From: Tubiluchus corallicola
Taxonomy: Eukaryota; Animalia; Priapulida
NCBI GenBank assembly: GCA_030141605.1
Contig: JAQGDQ010000310.1
Span: forward strand, 186,001 to 250,000
Reading direction: 5' to 3'
DNA length: 64,000 nucleotides
The notes under the pieces: model-generated
Databases searched by the model: none
Told to the model about the DNA's origin: nothing
The model's input: only the letters and a program-made list of their open reading frames with translations
Position numbers and translations under genes: made by a program
In this document: in pieces, positions 11,271-64,000 of the stretch
How positions within the stretch are numbered: position 1 is the first letter of the stretch
Layout: every line of letters starts with the position of its first letter

Positions 11271-14200
11271 GAGTTTATTTCGTATAAAAATACACAGTTT
11301 ACAAAGATAAAGATGTTAGTAAAACAGGTAATGCGATGTTAGTAAAGTAACATATCTACAGACATTCAACTTTATAATAACCACTCATTGTAGTTCCCTT
11401 GTAATTATATTACAGTATACAGTGTTGTAAGAAGCTATAATTGGTATCTTAAAACAATTTCTAAATGAGTTCTTTACCTTTAATTTTACATTTTCGTTTA
11501 GATCTACAGTACAACCGTATTTAAATCTTAAATTTACTTGACTGTTATTTACATAGTAGCATAGCTTTGGAATTTTCAATGTGCAAGAGTTTACAATTTT
11601 TCTCACAAAGTTTAATTTTCGACTATCTATTAAATAATTCGCAGGCATCGTGCCACAAAAATACATTAACAATTTGACGCTTTCATTTTGTCTAAAACTG
11701 AATATTTTTCTATAAGCAGTGTTCCATTTTACCTTAATGGCATTAACTTCATTGTTTGATATACCCCCAATTTCGCATCCGTGTAATAAACGATTATATT
11801 ATATGACAAAACACGATTAGATATGGTTGCCAGACGTCCCTTATATACGGGACATCTCTATTGAATGAGAATGTTGCAATGATTTCACTTTCTTAGAATT
11901 TCTTTTTGTTATCTTTATTGCACATATTAAATAATGATAATATTTCTATGTTGTCTGTTTTCATATGATTTTAATTTTGTTTTCCTTGCAACCCATTAAA
12001 ATCCTTGCTTAATGTTTTTAACTTTATACAACATATAGCTGCGAAGATTACGCAAAATTTTTAAATAAATTATTAACGTTTTTACTGCAGAATAAAATCA
12101 AGTAGTATGTGTGATCGTACCTTCAGGTATTAACCTAAGACCTAGTTCAATGTAAAACAGGTCGTAGTTGTTGTTATACAGTCAACCTCGGATATAAGAG
12201 ACACCTCCAGACTGGAAAAAAATCGTCCCTTATAGCCGAAGTTGAGTCAGAACGAGGCTGTATCTGCACGTGACTTTTCTGTACTTTTACCCGTATTTTT
12301 ATGGATTATTGCTACACATTCAGTGCAAACGGTATGTAGGAAGCATCTTCAGTGATGTGAAATGTATGTTACTGCGGAAACCGAGCTGTTCGAAGACCGA
12401 GCTTGCGAAAAATTGAGGTTAAAAATCGATCAATAAAGCTTTGATCATAGGGTCCCTTATATGCGAGGTAATTTACCCGGGTTTCTATTATGCGGGACCT
12501 GAAGATATCGTCCCTTATAACCTAACGTCCCTTATATCCGAGTACCTTATCTACGAAGATTTTTATAAGGAAAAATGTTACGAAAAATCGGGACTGGTGT
12601 TGGTGATTCCTTATAAGTGAATGTCCCTTATAAGCGAGTACCTTATACCCAAGGTTGACGGTATATTTCTAGTTGTCAATAATAATAGTTATTATTATTG
12701 TTAAGTTTGATCTTCTAGTATTGTATGCTGTTTGTATCTGTCTCTCTGTGAGAGTCATGTAACTATTTTGTTGTTGTTGGCATCCTTCTGTCTCGGAAGA
12801 CAATGGAGTGTGCGCCAAGAGAGTCAGTTATTGATCTCATTGATGGAGCTGCAGCGTCGACTGTGGCTGAGCAATCCGATCCTTGAACCACTGGAGTGGC
12901 CTCTGGGCAAGGTGTATGGAAATCTCGAGTTCCCCAGACAACAGCAACCCCCTCTCTTCCTCCCTGGTGTAGTCCAAAGGAAAGCAGAGCGATACGTTTG
13001 GCACCAGGTCGGCTGTAGGATCTGTCGGAGTCAGTGAGCATGCTGCACTGGTCCACCTTCGGGGCTCCACTCCTGATTTGAAAGGTTTACTCCTCTACAC
13101 ATGGCCGTTGGCTGCTTTTGCAGTTCCTCTGCCTAGTGTCGAGATACAGTGTGAGCTTCCTGCAAGCCTACAGCACCTGGTATTCCTAGGTGATCACCCA
13201 TCCAAGTACTAACCAGGCTCTAAGTTGCTTAACTTCGGTGACCAGACGAGAACCGGTGTTTTCAACGTGATATGGCCGTAGTCATGTAACAATGCAAACT
13301 GTTTTTATGACATTTCCAGGTTATAAAGGGCGGAGCAGTAAAAGCCGTAGCAAGTTTTTTAACCTCGGAGAACGATGGAATTGTATCAGCAAGTATGCGA
13401 GCACTCGGCCATTTTCTACACGGTGGTCACCAGTTTTCTACATTGTCAGCTCAGCAGGTGGGCACACCTCCCATAGCAATACAACCTTTAGAAAAAGGGT
13501 GGGCCCAACGGAAAAGCAGCTAAGGGGTCTGGGGAACCCCGACTACCAGTGCATTTTACTGCATTTTACACCATTTTTCTTACTATTTCCTTAAGCAAAT
13601 TCAATAGTTTAAAACTCATTATGTCACCTCAAACTTTTGATTCTTAATTACACACCAATATATTAGTATACACACTAGTGTAGCATATAATTGCGCACAG
13701 CGATATCTTTGCCAAAAAATTCAATTATCACTTTGCCAAACGTTTTTACACTAAAATCATTAATGCAGAACCTTTTCCTCGATATAAGTCATTAAAGGGT
13801 ATCACTAAACGTTCCAAAGCTTATAATCCAGAGAAGATATTCACTTGGTGTGCTCTAACTGCCACTATGAAAGGGTGGACCCACCCCCTAAATCCTCCAC
13901 TGCCTAGAGTTTATAAATCTGTGGATAATAAATATTTTTTCTGGTCATTGCAGCTAGTGCGGATCTGAATAGTGTTCTACATTAGCATGATTTTACTTTA
14001 AATGAATGATAAAACTAGCCACATGTGTAAAATTGACAGCCAAGTAATAAATATATTTTTACAGAACGGATGTTAAAAATACAGGTGATGCGAGTGACCA
14101 GCTTGTGGCATATATTGTATTAATTAGGGTAAAGGAGTTACATACTTTCTTTGCCAAATACGGACGCTTGTAACAGGCCGCCACACAGCAAAGCCGCCAT

Positions 14201-17200
14201 AGGTGTTTAAACTGCAAAGGACACGCTAGCAATACTGGTACTTTTCTGACATAATATGAGGCGAATTCTATTTGTTAAAGAGTATAAGCCTATTGAAAGT
14301 AATAGTGAAACTCACTTTCATCGCTGTTTAATAAAACCAGCAGAGGAGCAGCAGTAAGTGCTGTTGAGAACACCAAGTCTATTCACAAATCTGCTTAGTC
14401 TTGCATCAATGTGAATTTCTTAACCGAAGTGCACTGTTATCGTACCAAAACCAATATTTCAGCTGGTGCCCAATGTTTTTATGACTTGAGATTATTTTTA
14501 TGTGGCGCATTTATTCGGTTTATTTATTTATAAACTACGTTTAACGCAAATACTAATAAACAAAGATTATAAGCGGAATTGCGCATGTTATATTAAAAAC
14601 AATTGTGTTTTTATTTGCCAACAAACATGTATTTCGCAGCCCATTGCAGGTTGCTTCCTCGTGTAAACATTAGCAATGTGCAACATTCTTCGAAATTCAA
14701 AATCATTGAATAGCATTGACAATTCAGAAAAATGCCATCTCTTTGACCGCTATTGTTATTACAGAAATTTGATAATATCCGTGGTTCTGTGTAGAATATT
14801 TTATTAGTTTTATTAGTATTTTCGATAATAAATGCCAAACATATTAAACTCTTATGTTTATTGCAGTTTGCTATATGATTGTCTCGCAGTTCTTTGCCAC
14901 TTTCTCCTCTGCTTCTAGCTGTTTCTTCTTGATGCAATCAGCTGCACATTATTTGTACAAACTATTTGTGCTACAAATTACAAGAAATTATTTTGAAGTA
15001 TTTTGAAAAATGCTTGTTCGTTTTTGGTGTGTCAGGTTCTGGAATCTGGGAATTTATCAGTTCTCCTGGATTTATGCAAAGGGGAAACATCTTCCGTACA
15101 ACAGCATGCAGCTGCGGCACTCCTCAAACTTACACGATGCACGAGTGTTCGACCAGCCCTCTGCACGGCTGGTGCTCTGGACTACTTCATCGAACAGGTA
15201 TGCAATGTTAATCATGTGCATTTTGTGTCTTATTACCGTATTTTCCCATGTATAAGAGACCCTTGTGTATAAGAGACCCCTTCAATTTTTAGGCAAAAAT
15301 TCTGGAAAAAAGTTTTTTGGTAATGAATAACTTTATTCATCATAGAAATCATTAAATTAAGCAGAGAGCTTATGCAGATGCGTTGATTGGCTGCAGAACA
15401 ATCGATTTCTCTCCAATACCAAAGAGACATTTAAAAAAATAATAACTTACCCGGTACATTAATTTTATCATTAGAATTTAGCCATGGAGAAGATTTATTG
15501 AAAGGAAACTATAATTATTCGAAATAAAACAGTTGTAGAGCACTTATTTCTTTAAAATCATTAGTGTCACAATTTATGCATCTTATTGAAAAGACTTACT
15601 CCCATGTATAAGAGACCCCCTATTTTTAAAGTGAAAATTCTGAGCAAAAAAGGGTCTCTTATACACGGGAAAATACGGTAGTTGATATAATGTGATTCCA
15701 AAACCATTCTTAAGTTTAAATGGCTGAAGTGACAGGTGTGTTTATGGGACTAACAGATTTTTTGAAATCTCGCAGAATTTGTCATAAACTCGGCCTGTAT
15801 CTAGACCTGTACTTTTCTATACTTTTACCCATATTTTTATGGATTATTGCTACACATTCAGTGCAAACGGTATGTAGGAAGCTCCTTCAATGATGCGATA
15901 CGTATGTGACCGCGGAAACCCGAGCTGTTTGAAGGCCGAATTTGCGAAAAATTGAGGTTAAAAATCGATCAATTTCGCTTTGATCATAGGGTCCCTTACA
16001 CGAGAGGTAATTTATTTGGGTTTCTATTACGCGGGACCTGAAGATATCGTCCTTTATAACCGAAAGTCCTTTATATCCGAATACCTTATATACGAAGATT
16101 TTTATAAGGGAAAAGATTACGAAAAATCGTATTACGACCAGTGTTGGTGGTCCCTTATAAGCGAGTACCTTATACCTGAGGTTGACTGTACTATATTAAC
16201 TAACGTTTTTTTCAGGTTGACAGCAGGAAGGAAGAGGTATTCGTTTATGCTCTCTGCCTGTGCGGTAAAGATTCTGTCACTCGCGTGAAAATGCGCGAGG
16301 GGAAGGGACTGCAGCTCTTACTCGGTCTTCTTCATAATCCAGCACTCGAATCCATGCACAAACTGGTCATGGATGGATTGTCGTGTTTTATATATGACGA
16401 AAAGAGCCTAGATGTCATGCTGCGGAATAACTTTGTAGACTATCTGATCGACGTGCTGAACTCGGCAGTGAGAAATAGCAGAGCCGACCGGGGGACAACA
16501 CAGCAAAATGATAGTCTTGGCTTTGATACCAGCCATTTGGAAGAACCTGATGTGATCAATGGAAATCTAGAGTGTGAGATTAGTGACAGTGCAAATCAGA
16601 GAACTGTCGAATATGAAAGTAAGCGGTGCCAAAGCAAAAACAACAAAACGATTGCCAATGAAGGTACAATTACTGAAAATGTTGAAGTTGACGATGGCAA
16701 GGAAGAACATGGTGTCACGGACAAAGATGATACAAATCTCAGCGAACAGGCAAAAAGCTGCAGCAACATCAGAAAATCTCCCGTCTTTCGCATTGACAGT
16801 CCAACGTATCAAGAGAGCTGTCGGCAAAGAGAGGCGGAAAACTTGGAGCGCAGTCCGCTGTGCTTTGTGGATTCAGTATGGAGCCCGAATTCGTCCGTTT
16901 GGTATTCTCCGGACAGATCGCCAGATGAGTCATCCCTTTCCCCTTTTTCTCCAAGGAGTTATTCAAGTCCTAGTCTATGTGCATTAAGTCCAGGAGGGTC
17001 TTCTCTGTACTCACCTGTTGCCTCACCTGGTGAACTTAGTCCTGCCTATTCTAATGAGATGTTGCCATTTGTGTGGTCTCCACCTGTTAGTCCTGGGTCT
17101 ATTTCCAATCATAGCAATGAAGCTTTACATTGGTCGCCAGTTCACGAGGTAAATGCAAGTGAAAATGATGATGATGATGCTGATCAAGAGTACTTGTCAA

Positions 17201-18603
17201 ATCATTCAACATCAGCAGATAATGATCAAGGACAGATCGCTAAACGCAGAAAACTGTCCGTATCGGAAACGCCAAAACTAGAGACTGCCAGCAAGACCGC
17301 AGTTAACAAATTTGATTCGAATGCTAGAAGCAAGATACAAGAAAGAGTGCCCACTCACGAAAGCTCGACAGCAAACATAGAAGTCCTAGAGTTTCAAACG
17401 GTAAATTCTGATACGAACGATGGTACTTTAAAACCAAAAGAGTCGGAATCACAACTGGTTCAGTATGTTTTAAATTTCTTGTCACGGATATCGCATCTGG
17501 ATCAGCCGATACCGTCCCAGTACTTAGTGACCGAAAGCTGCGTGCAAGCGATCATGGACTACACGACTGAACGCAACTGCCAAAAAACATTGAGGATCTT
17601 GAAGCGCATCAGTCACGACCCGTCCGCATTTCAGAAAATGTTGGAAATCTGCTTCCCCGTAATGGTTTGGAGCAAAGCCGCGGACGAAGTGAATGATGCC
17701 GACTCTCTTTTAGCCGAGGTGAAACAGGAATTGTACATTGTAGCACAGAGCGAGTATAGCCAAGGTTCGATTGCGCATATCTTAGCTAAGGGTACGCGTC
17801 AAGCTCAGCAGGCCGCTGCTCTATCCATTCCATTTTTATATCAGGATCACAACATCCTACGAACATTTTTAATCGGATTAAAAGGACTCGGCTACGTTTT
17901 AGACTGCTTCTGTTCACCTGACGTGAGAATGGTGAATAGAGCTGTTCGTAGCCTCATCCACCTCGTGACAGTATTAGATATACGGGCGCCTGATAATGTT
18001 CGACCAAATTCTAGTAAAGTGGAATGTTTTTATCCCCCCGGTGACGCCGACTTGACATTTTCTCTGTCGGACGGAAGCAAGTTAAGAAGCAATCGGTCAT
18101 TGTTATGTAGGAAATCGAAAGTTTTTACCGCCATGCTGCAAGGTTCCTTTGCGGAATGTGGAAAAGAGGAGATAGCCATCAGAGACGTAGATGGCACCAC
18201 CTTTGAGCTTCTCCTACACCATCTTCACGGTTGCGTGTTCGACTGTGCAGCGATGAAGGACGTCGGCACAGAAAAATGCTTAGAACTGCTAGCGTTAGCC
18301 GACAGATTTGACCTCGACGACCTCTGGGATTTTACCAAGCCAATACTTTGTCATTGTGTAACAGAAGAATGTGCATATTTGCCGGCTTTCGAATTTCTAT
18401 GTAGATATGGATTTGTTAGTCTAGCGTCTCGTGTCGTGACTCTGTTATTGTGTAGCGATAAGAGCCGTAATCGTCTGTTGGAAGATTTATTCAAGGGACC
18501 ACATGGACAGTTAGTGAGAGACGCTGTCACTGCCATTGTGAATAACCACTTGAAATGCACACCTAGCAAAAAGCGGCAAAGAACTGCCAGCAGTTGTTTA
18601 TAG
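5009..18603 (+). CDS. ARMC5: Armadillo repeat-containing protein 5 (ARM + BTB, CUL3 adaptor); exons 5009-5263, 6954-6984, 10027-10142, 11056-11166, 13320-13457, 15036-15197, 16216-18603; about 1066 aa
   Basis: Spliced motifs ALSILGNCC..RIEVRRRGGIKILVDIL..SIANRACRTIANLA and ALCLCGKDSVTRVKMREGKGLQLLLGLL..FIYDE match ARMC5. C-terminal BTB (DLTFSLSDG..SKVFTAMLQGSFAE..ELLLHHLHGC). All phases are consistent (3201 nt). Confidence 0.93.
6308..6901 (+). mobile_element. Tc1/mariner (pogo/Tigger-like) MITE family D
   Basis: TA|CGGTGTTCC...GGAACACTG|TA; second copy at 55043. Confidence 0.78.
6954..6984 (+). CDS. ARMC5: ARMC5 exon 2
   Basis: ttgcag|VRRRGGIKIL G|gtcagt. Confidence 0.88.
8885..9118 (+). 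mobile_element. MITE family G fragment
   Basis: AAAATGGCTGC..GGAGTTTAAAT..TTTTCTTGTGCTTTAA. Confidence 0.65.
10027..10142 (+). CDS. ARMC5: ARMC5 exon 3
   Basis: tttcag|..DILANTKNESIANRACRTIANLAQD..|gtaccg. Confidence 0.88.
11056..11166 (+). CDS. ARMC5: ARMC5 exon 4
   Basis: aacag|VVAIIVRKL..SAIRCLRRLG..K|gtacag. Confidence 0.87.
11175..11790 (-). mobile_element. LINE 3' end (RTE-X-like) with (AAT)n tail
   Basis: LLHGCEIGG..VKWNTAYRKIFSFRQNESVKLLMYFCG, then AATAAA and (AAT)n. Confidence 0.65.
12179..12661 (+). mobile_element. Tc1/mariner-type MITE family E
   Basis: TA|CAGTCAACCT...AGGTTGACGG|TA; internal CCTTAT repeats. Confidence 0.75.
12767..13283 (-). mobile_element. Full-length 5S rRNA-derived SINE (SINE3-like), about 520 bp
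   Basis: 119-nt 5S-like head, about 390-nt body, (CAA)n tail; flanked by ATGTAAC(T/A)AT at 12757-12766 and 13284-13293 (probable TSD). Confidence 0.85.
13165..13283 (-). pseudogene. 5S rRNA-like sequence (SINE head)
   Basis: GACTACGGCCATATCACGTTGAAAACACCGGTTCTCGTC...GAAGTTAAGCAAC...GTTAGTACTTGGATGGGTGA...GGAATACCAGGTGCTGTAGGCTT; no oligo-T terminator follows. Confidence 0.85.
13320..13457 (+). CDS. ARMC5: ARMC5 exon 5
   Basis: ttccag|VIKGGAVKAVASFL..SAQQ|gtgggc. Confidence 0.85.
15036..15197 (+). CDS. ARMC5: ARMC5 exon 6
   Basis: gtcag|VLESGNL..VRPALCTAGALDYFIEQ|gtatgc. Confidence 0.88.
15236..15678. mobile_element. Tc1/mariner-type MITE
   Basis: TA|CCGTATTTTCCCATGTATAAGAGACCC...GGGTCTCTTATACACGGGAAAATACGG|TA. 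Confidence 0.8.
15790..16188 (+). mobile_element. MITE family E, partial
   Basis: Matches about 12255-12661; ends 27 bp before the ARMC5 last exon. Confidence 0.75.
16216..18603 (+). CDS. ARMC5: ARMC5 terminal exon (ARM, disordered insert, BTB)
   Basis: ttcag|VDSRKEEVFVYALCLC.., in frame with ORF 16285..18603. Confidence 0.93.
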   Translation, partial: VDSRKEEVFVYALCLCGKDSVTRVKMREGKGLQLLLGLLHNPALESMHKLVMDGLSCFIYDEKSLDVMLRNNFVDYLIDVLNSAVRNSRADRGTTQQNDSLGFDTSHLEEPDVINGNLECEISDSANQRTVEYESKRCQSKNNKTIANEGTITENVEVDDGKEEHGVTDKDDTNLSEQAKSCSNIRKSPVFRIDSPTYQESCRQREAENLERSPLCFVDSVWSPNSSVWYSPDRSPDESSLSPFSPRSYSSPSLCALSPGGSSLYSPVASPGELSPAYSNEMLPFVWSPPVSPGSISNHSNEALHWSPVHEVNASENDDDDADQEYLSNHSTSADNDQGQIAKRRKLSVSETPKLETASKTAVNKFDSNARSKIQERVPTHESSTANIEVLEFQTVNSDTNDGTLKPKESESQLVQYVLNFLSRISHLDQPIPSQYLVTESCVQAIMDYTTERNCQKTLRILKRISHDPSAFQKMLEICFPVMVWSKAADEVNDADSLLAEVKQELYIVAQSEYSQGSIAHILAKGTRQAQQAAALSIPFLYQDHNILRTFLIGLKGLGYVLDCFCSPDVRMVNRAVRSLIHLVTVLDIRAPDNVRPNSSKVECFYPPGDADLTFSLSDGSKLRSNRSLLCRKSKVFTAMLQGSFAECGKEEIAIRDVDGTTFELLLHHLHGCVFDCAAMKDVGTEKCLELLALADRFDLDDLWDFTKPILCHCVTEECAYLPAFEFLCRYGFVSLASRVVTLLLCSDKSRNRLLEDLFKGPHGQLVRDAVTAIVNNHLKCTPSKKRQRTASSCL

Positions 18604-20026
18604 GATTTTAGAATTCAATGTATTTTAAATTGAACGATATAAGTTATGCCGAGATTCGTTGACCTTTGACCCCAATAGGGACTGAGAAGACAAATGCCTT
18701 TACATGTTAACCGTAACTAGCTTGTAGTACATCAGATCAAAGGTCTCAATAAGACAAACTAAATGAAATAAATTATGCCGAGATTGGTTAACCTTTGACC
18801 CATGGGTGACGGACTGAACAGTTAAATTGTGAAATACACTTACTACGTTTTCAAGCAAGGTGAATTCAATAAACGAAAATAAGCACATTTAAAAAAAAGG
18901 CTGTCGTCTCTTCATTTTAAGGCTTAATTTTATAAGCATTGTTTGCAAAATATTCAGTTTCTGACGATGTCACTTTATTTCACACTTTTGTTAAGTTTTG
19001 CTGCTGGTAGCTGAAACAGCCAATCATTTTGAGCACTTGTTAGTCATTTTCAAGAGAATATTTTTGTATAGTGAACGTAGTTTTTTTTAAAAAAAATGTT
19101 ACTATTGTCACATTGATGAGTTTTATTGTAAAAGTAATTTACCGATGGAATACTATATATACCTTGTATTATGTTTGTTAAAATTTACGAGTTTAGTGTG
19201 ACTGTATTTCTGAGTATAGTTTGGACTATGCTAATGTATTTGTTATCATATTCGTGATGAACATGCCGTGAAAGTCATTTTTGGAGTTGTTGTTCAGTCA
19301 CTTTGTTATGATTGAGTTTATACACAGAGAAGTATGGATAGGAACCAAAAATCTATAATAAATATTTACACTGCACACAACAGAAAAGTGTTTATCTAGT
19401 GTTTATAGGGAAAATATGAGTAGCAAAACTGCTACTCTGAACATTCAGCAAAAACTAGAAAGCAAAAACAGTCAGTAAAACCTGTTTCACAGCCGGTATA
19501 CAGGTATAGAACTTGACCTATACGGACTTGCACAGGCTTCACAACAACCATTAATTTTAGATAGGGAGAGGACCAGTGTGTATGTATTCACTGGATCATA
19601 CAATTATACTGAAGGTAAGTCAGCTGGTAGAATGTAACAGGATTAGCACATAGATGGCAGCACCTAACTACAATGTACAATTCCAACTTCCACACATGCG
19701 ATTTGTAGTTATATTTCTAGAAGGAAGTAAACACCCAGCTGAAAATGTGAAATCGCAAAAAAATACGAGATGCTAACAAAACAAAATGCGTACGTCAGGC
19801 AATGAGAATTAGCTCGCAAACCAAAAACTCACTTGATATGAAAACTCTATTAAGATTTTAATGTGGTGGAAGAGTCAAGTAAAGATACCTGTTAATAATT
19901 AAAGTACCTAATGTTGTGATCTGATGCTGGTAAAGTATTTCACGGAGAAGCAGTTACAGAAAAAAAAAAACATGGAACTGTGGATTGTGGTTGGTGTTCA
20001 GTAGTCTGAAACTTGTGACAGGAAGA

Positions 20027-20299
20027 TAATAATAATAATAATAATCTTTATTTAAAGTTGGCTTTTGGGTCGACAATTAACATTAGCTCAAAGAGCTATT
20101 ACCGCCGACTGTAAATAACAACCTACAGATACATAACAGAGACTATTATTACCCCACTTTTACCCTAAATACCACGTGCCAGGCAGGGCAACAGCAGGTA
20201 CCATTTCTAATGTCTTTGGTATGACCCGGCCGCTGATTCGAACTCACGACCTCCCAGACGGAAAGCAGACGCAATCCCCACTAGACTAAACCGTCTGGT
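20027..20299 (-). mobile_element. tRNA-derived SINE with Meta-like central domain
   Basis: A/B-box head, CCGGGTCATACCAAAGAC..AAATGGTACCTGC core, AATAAAGA(TTA)n tail; three copies in the window. Confidence 0.8.
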
Positions 20300-21341
20300 G
20301 ATAAAATAGAATTACAAACACATTAGCATATGAATGTAAAAGAACAACAAAGAAGACAAGGAAGAAGAGAAATTATTTCTAGAATGGCTTCAACTTATAT
20401 TGTACGGTTGCCAGCATCATTTGAACTGTAATAGGAACTCAAACAAATAATAATAAAATTTCCTTGGTAAAATTTGCATACAATAGTAAAAAACTTTATT
20501 ACTAAAGTAATAAAAGTAATAGTAAAATTTAAGGCTGTGCATAAATTTCACACGGACCGAGCATTATTAATATCACGGCACCCAGACGCAATCATTTCAC
20601 AACTAAAATTTGCCTAACATTTAATGTCACTAATCTCACTGCCTAATGTTTTTACATTGTAGCACAATAGAATGCATTTTCCAGCTTGCAAAAGTATAGA
20701 ATTTGAAAAACATGCATTTTGAAATGCACTGCACTAAAACTTTCATGGTTTGTGTTGCATGTTACTAACTGGTGCACAATACAGTGCATAATCATTTATA
20801 TTGTCTGCAATCAAACCTCCACAGTATCTACTTTGGGACGACAAAAAAGTTGTCATAGAGAGAGTTTGGCATTATAATGAGATGCATTTATATATCTCCA
20901 TGCTAATATAAACATTTTGTTTAGGGAAAAATTTTGCATTAAGTGAGGTTGGCATTATAAGGGAGGGGGGGGAGGCATTATAAGGAGACACATTAATATA
21001 TGTTTATTGCAAATATAAACATTTTGTTTTGCAAAAAATTTGCATTAAGTGAGGTTGGCATTATAAGGGGGGGGGGAGGGGGAGGCGTAGGACCGTAGTT
21101 TACTAGGACTGATTATAATTTCCTAACAGCAAATTGCACAGTAAAATACAAAAGACTTAACGATGATTACGAATTTGAAATGGACGGCATATGCTTTGGC
21201 TCATACAAAATTGCTCCACTTGGCAGCTCCACACAGGAGTAGACAATTTTTGGACGGCTAGTCTGTTTCACAAGCTCTCATTCATACTGACGAGAAGTAG
21301 AAGCAACACAGTTACTGTTTGGTTACGAATAAAAAAAACGT

Positions 21342-62801
<41,460 letters not shown>

Positions 62802-62876
62802 CTAAAACAATGAACATTAGAAAGTTTGTACACAGTCACTGAATGAAAACATAAAAAAAATTAATAATTAGCTTAA

Positions 62877-63422
62877 AGGAAAAAAGATGATTGTGTAAAC
62901 ATTAATTCAGAATAAAGAATGGTCTATTGAAATATTGAAAACTACAATAGCTTTTTTTAATCAAAGGTTAGATAAAAATAATAATTACCTCGGATACACA
63001 AATTTCGTTAAACTTTCAAAGCTACGCGCAGCTCAGTGAATCTACTGAGATTGGTGATGATGCCTTTTTGTCACATTAGTGTGGCTGACAAATAGAAGGT
63101 GGTACCGTGTTAACCATGATCATGAACTGCAGTTTTAGTTTCTGATGTCATATGATGTAGAGCCCATTTTTCACGACATCATGCGTTTAAACAGTAACAC
63201 TTAAACAAATGTGCTTGACGCACAAGGGAACATGCCTGCCATTGCACAAACTGTGATTAGTTTCTGACGTGAGAAATAGCTGTGTTCGGTTGCCGTTAAT
63301 TAACTTTCTAAGCTAATTATTCAAATACAAGAAACAATTGTTAACTTTTATAGGCAAGAAAATGTATATTTTGGACAGTAAGTAAAAATGAGAGTGAGTC
63401 CAAACAATCACCTGGTTTTCCT
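62877..63422 (+). mobile_element. MITE family A, full length
   Basis: Colinear with 49051-49597. Confidence 0.85.
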
Positions 63423-64000
63423 TTAGAAGTCAAATTTAATGTAAACATAAGTTTCCTTTAATTAAGAGAGCTAAACATAACTTAAAATTTGGAATTGGCA
63501 CTAATTATTTGGTGGTTTTCTTCCTAGTGAAATCAGGCCTCGAATTTTCATTTTTCACAAAGCATAGGTTTGGTTTTGCTCGCCAAACTTGGGAAAATCA
63601 CGAGCTGAACAAATCTGCTAGCAACGGCTTTCTTGGATACCGCGTCGTTTCTATGACGCTGAATTTGTACACAATGTTACACGGCGAAACTCTATATGTG
63701 ATAACGAAAGGCAAATGCTACTGTAGCTAAGGACTGATATTTCGCTGGCGCCATCTAACCTAAAATATGCGAAAAATCGAGCTCCAGACTTTCTTCCTAA
63801 TTGAGACCTTCACAGGCGATTTCCTCTTATACGAACCAGTGAGAAACAGTTAAAAATATCAGAACATCTTAGTTAGAGCATTTCTTTCCGTTTTTGTGCA
63901 AATTTAAACTTCACAAAGTACGCTGTATTTGACATTTAAATAAAAAAAAGGCTGAAATAATTCTCTAAACCACCAGTTGTGTCTCAGCTGTGTTTGGATG

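Noticed and set aside
13165-13283. Functional 5S rRNA gene
   Set aside because: It has substitutions, lacks an oligo-T terminator, and continues into a SINE body with tail and TSD
16285-18603. Stand-alone single-exon 772-aa gene
   Set aside because: The ORF starts at GTG inside an exon whose acceptor is at 16216 and which joins upstream ARMC5 exons in phase

Overview
AT-rich, intron-rich animal (probably invertebrate) genomic DNA with one assembly gap (31444-31913). Reading splice sites and phases by hand gives three spliced genes. (1) The 5' part of a FET-family gene (FUS/EWSR1/TAF15/cabeza-like) on the minus strand, running off the left edge. (2) A complete 7-exon ARMC5 (ARM + BTB, about 1066 aa) on the plus strand, head-to-head with the FET gene and with start codons 321 bp apart. 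(3) Most of STK36/Fused kinase on the minus strand (21 exons seen, N-terminus beyond the right edge), convergent with ARMC5. Introns are packed with MITEs (Kolobok/TTAA-type, hAT-type, Tc1/mariner-type), LINE 3' fragments, tRNA-derived SINEs, a full-length 5S-derived SINE, minisatellites (27, 46, 49 and 74 bp) and long microsatellites. Most supplied ORFs are artefacts of these repeats. I see no clear new multi-gene system. The best leads are an inverted repeat pair ending at the outer splice sites of a two-exon STK36 block (back-splicing geometry), a Pol II CTD-like SP-rich insert in ARMC5 together with the shared FET/ARMC5 promoter, and minisatellites arising in or at MITEs. Family names come from recalled motifs; no database search was run.
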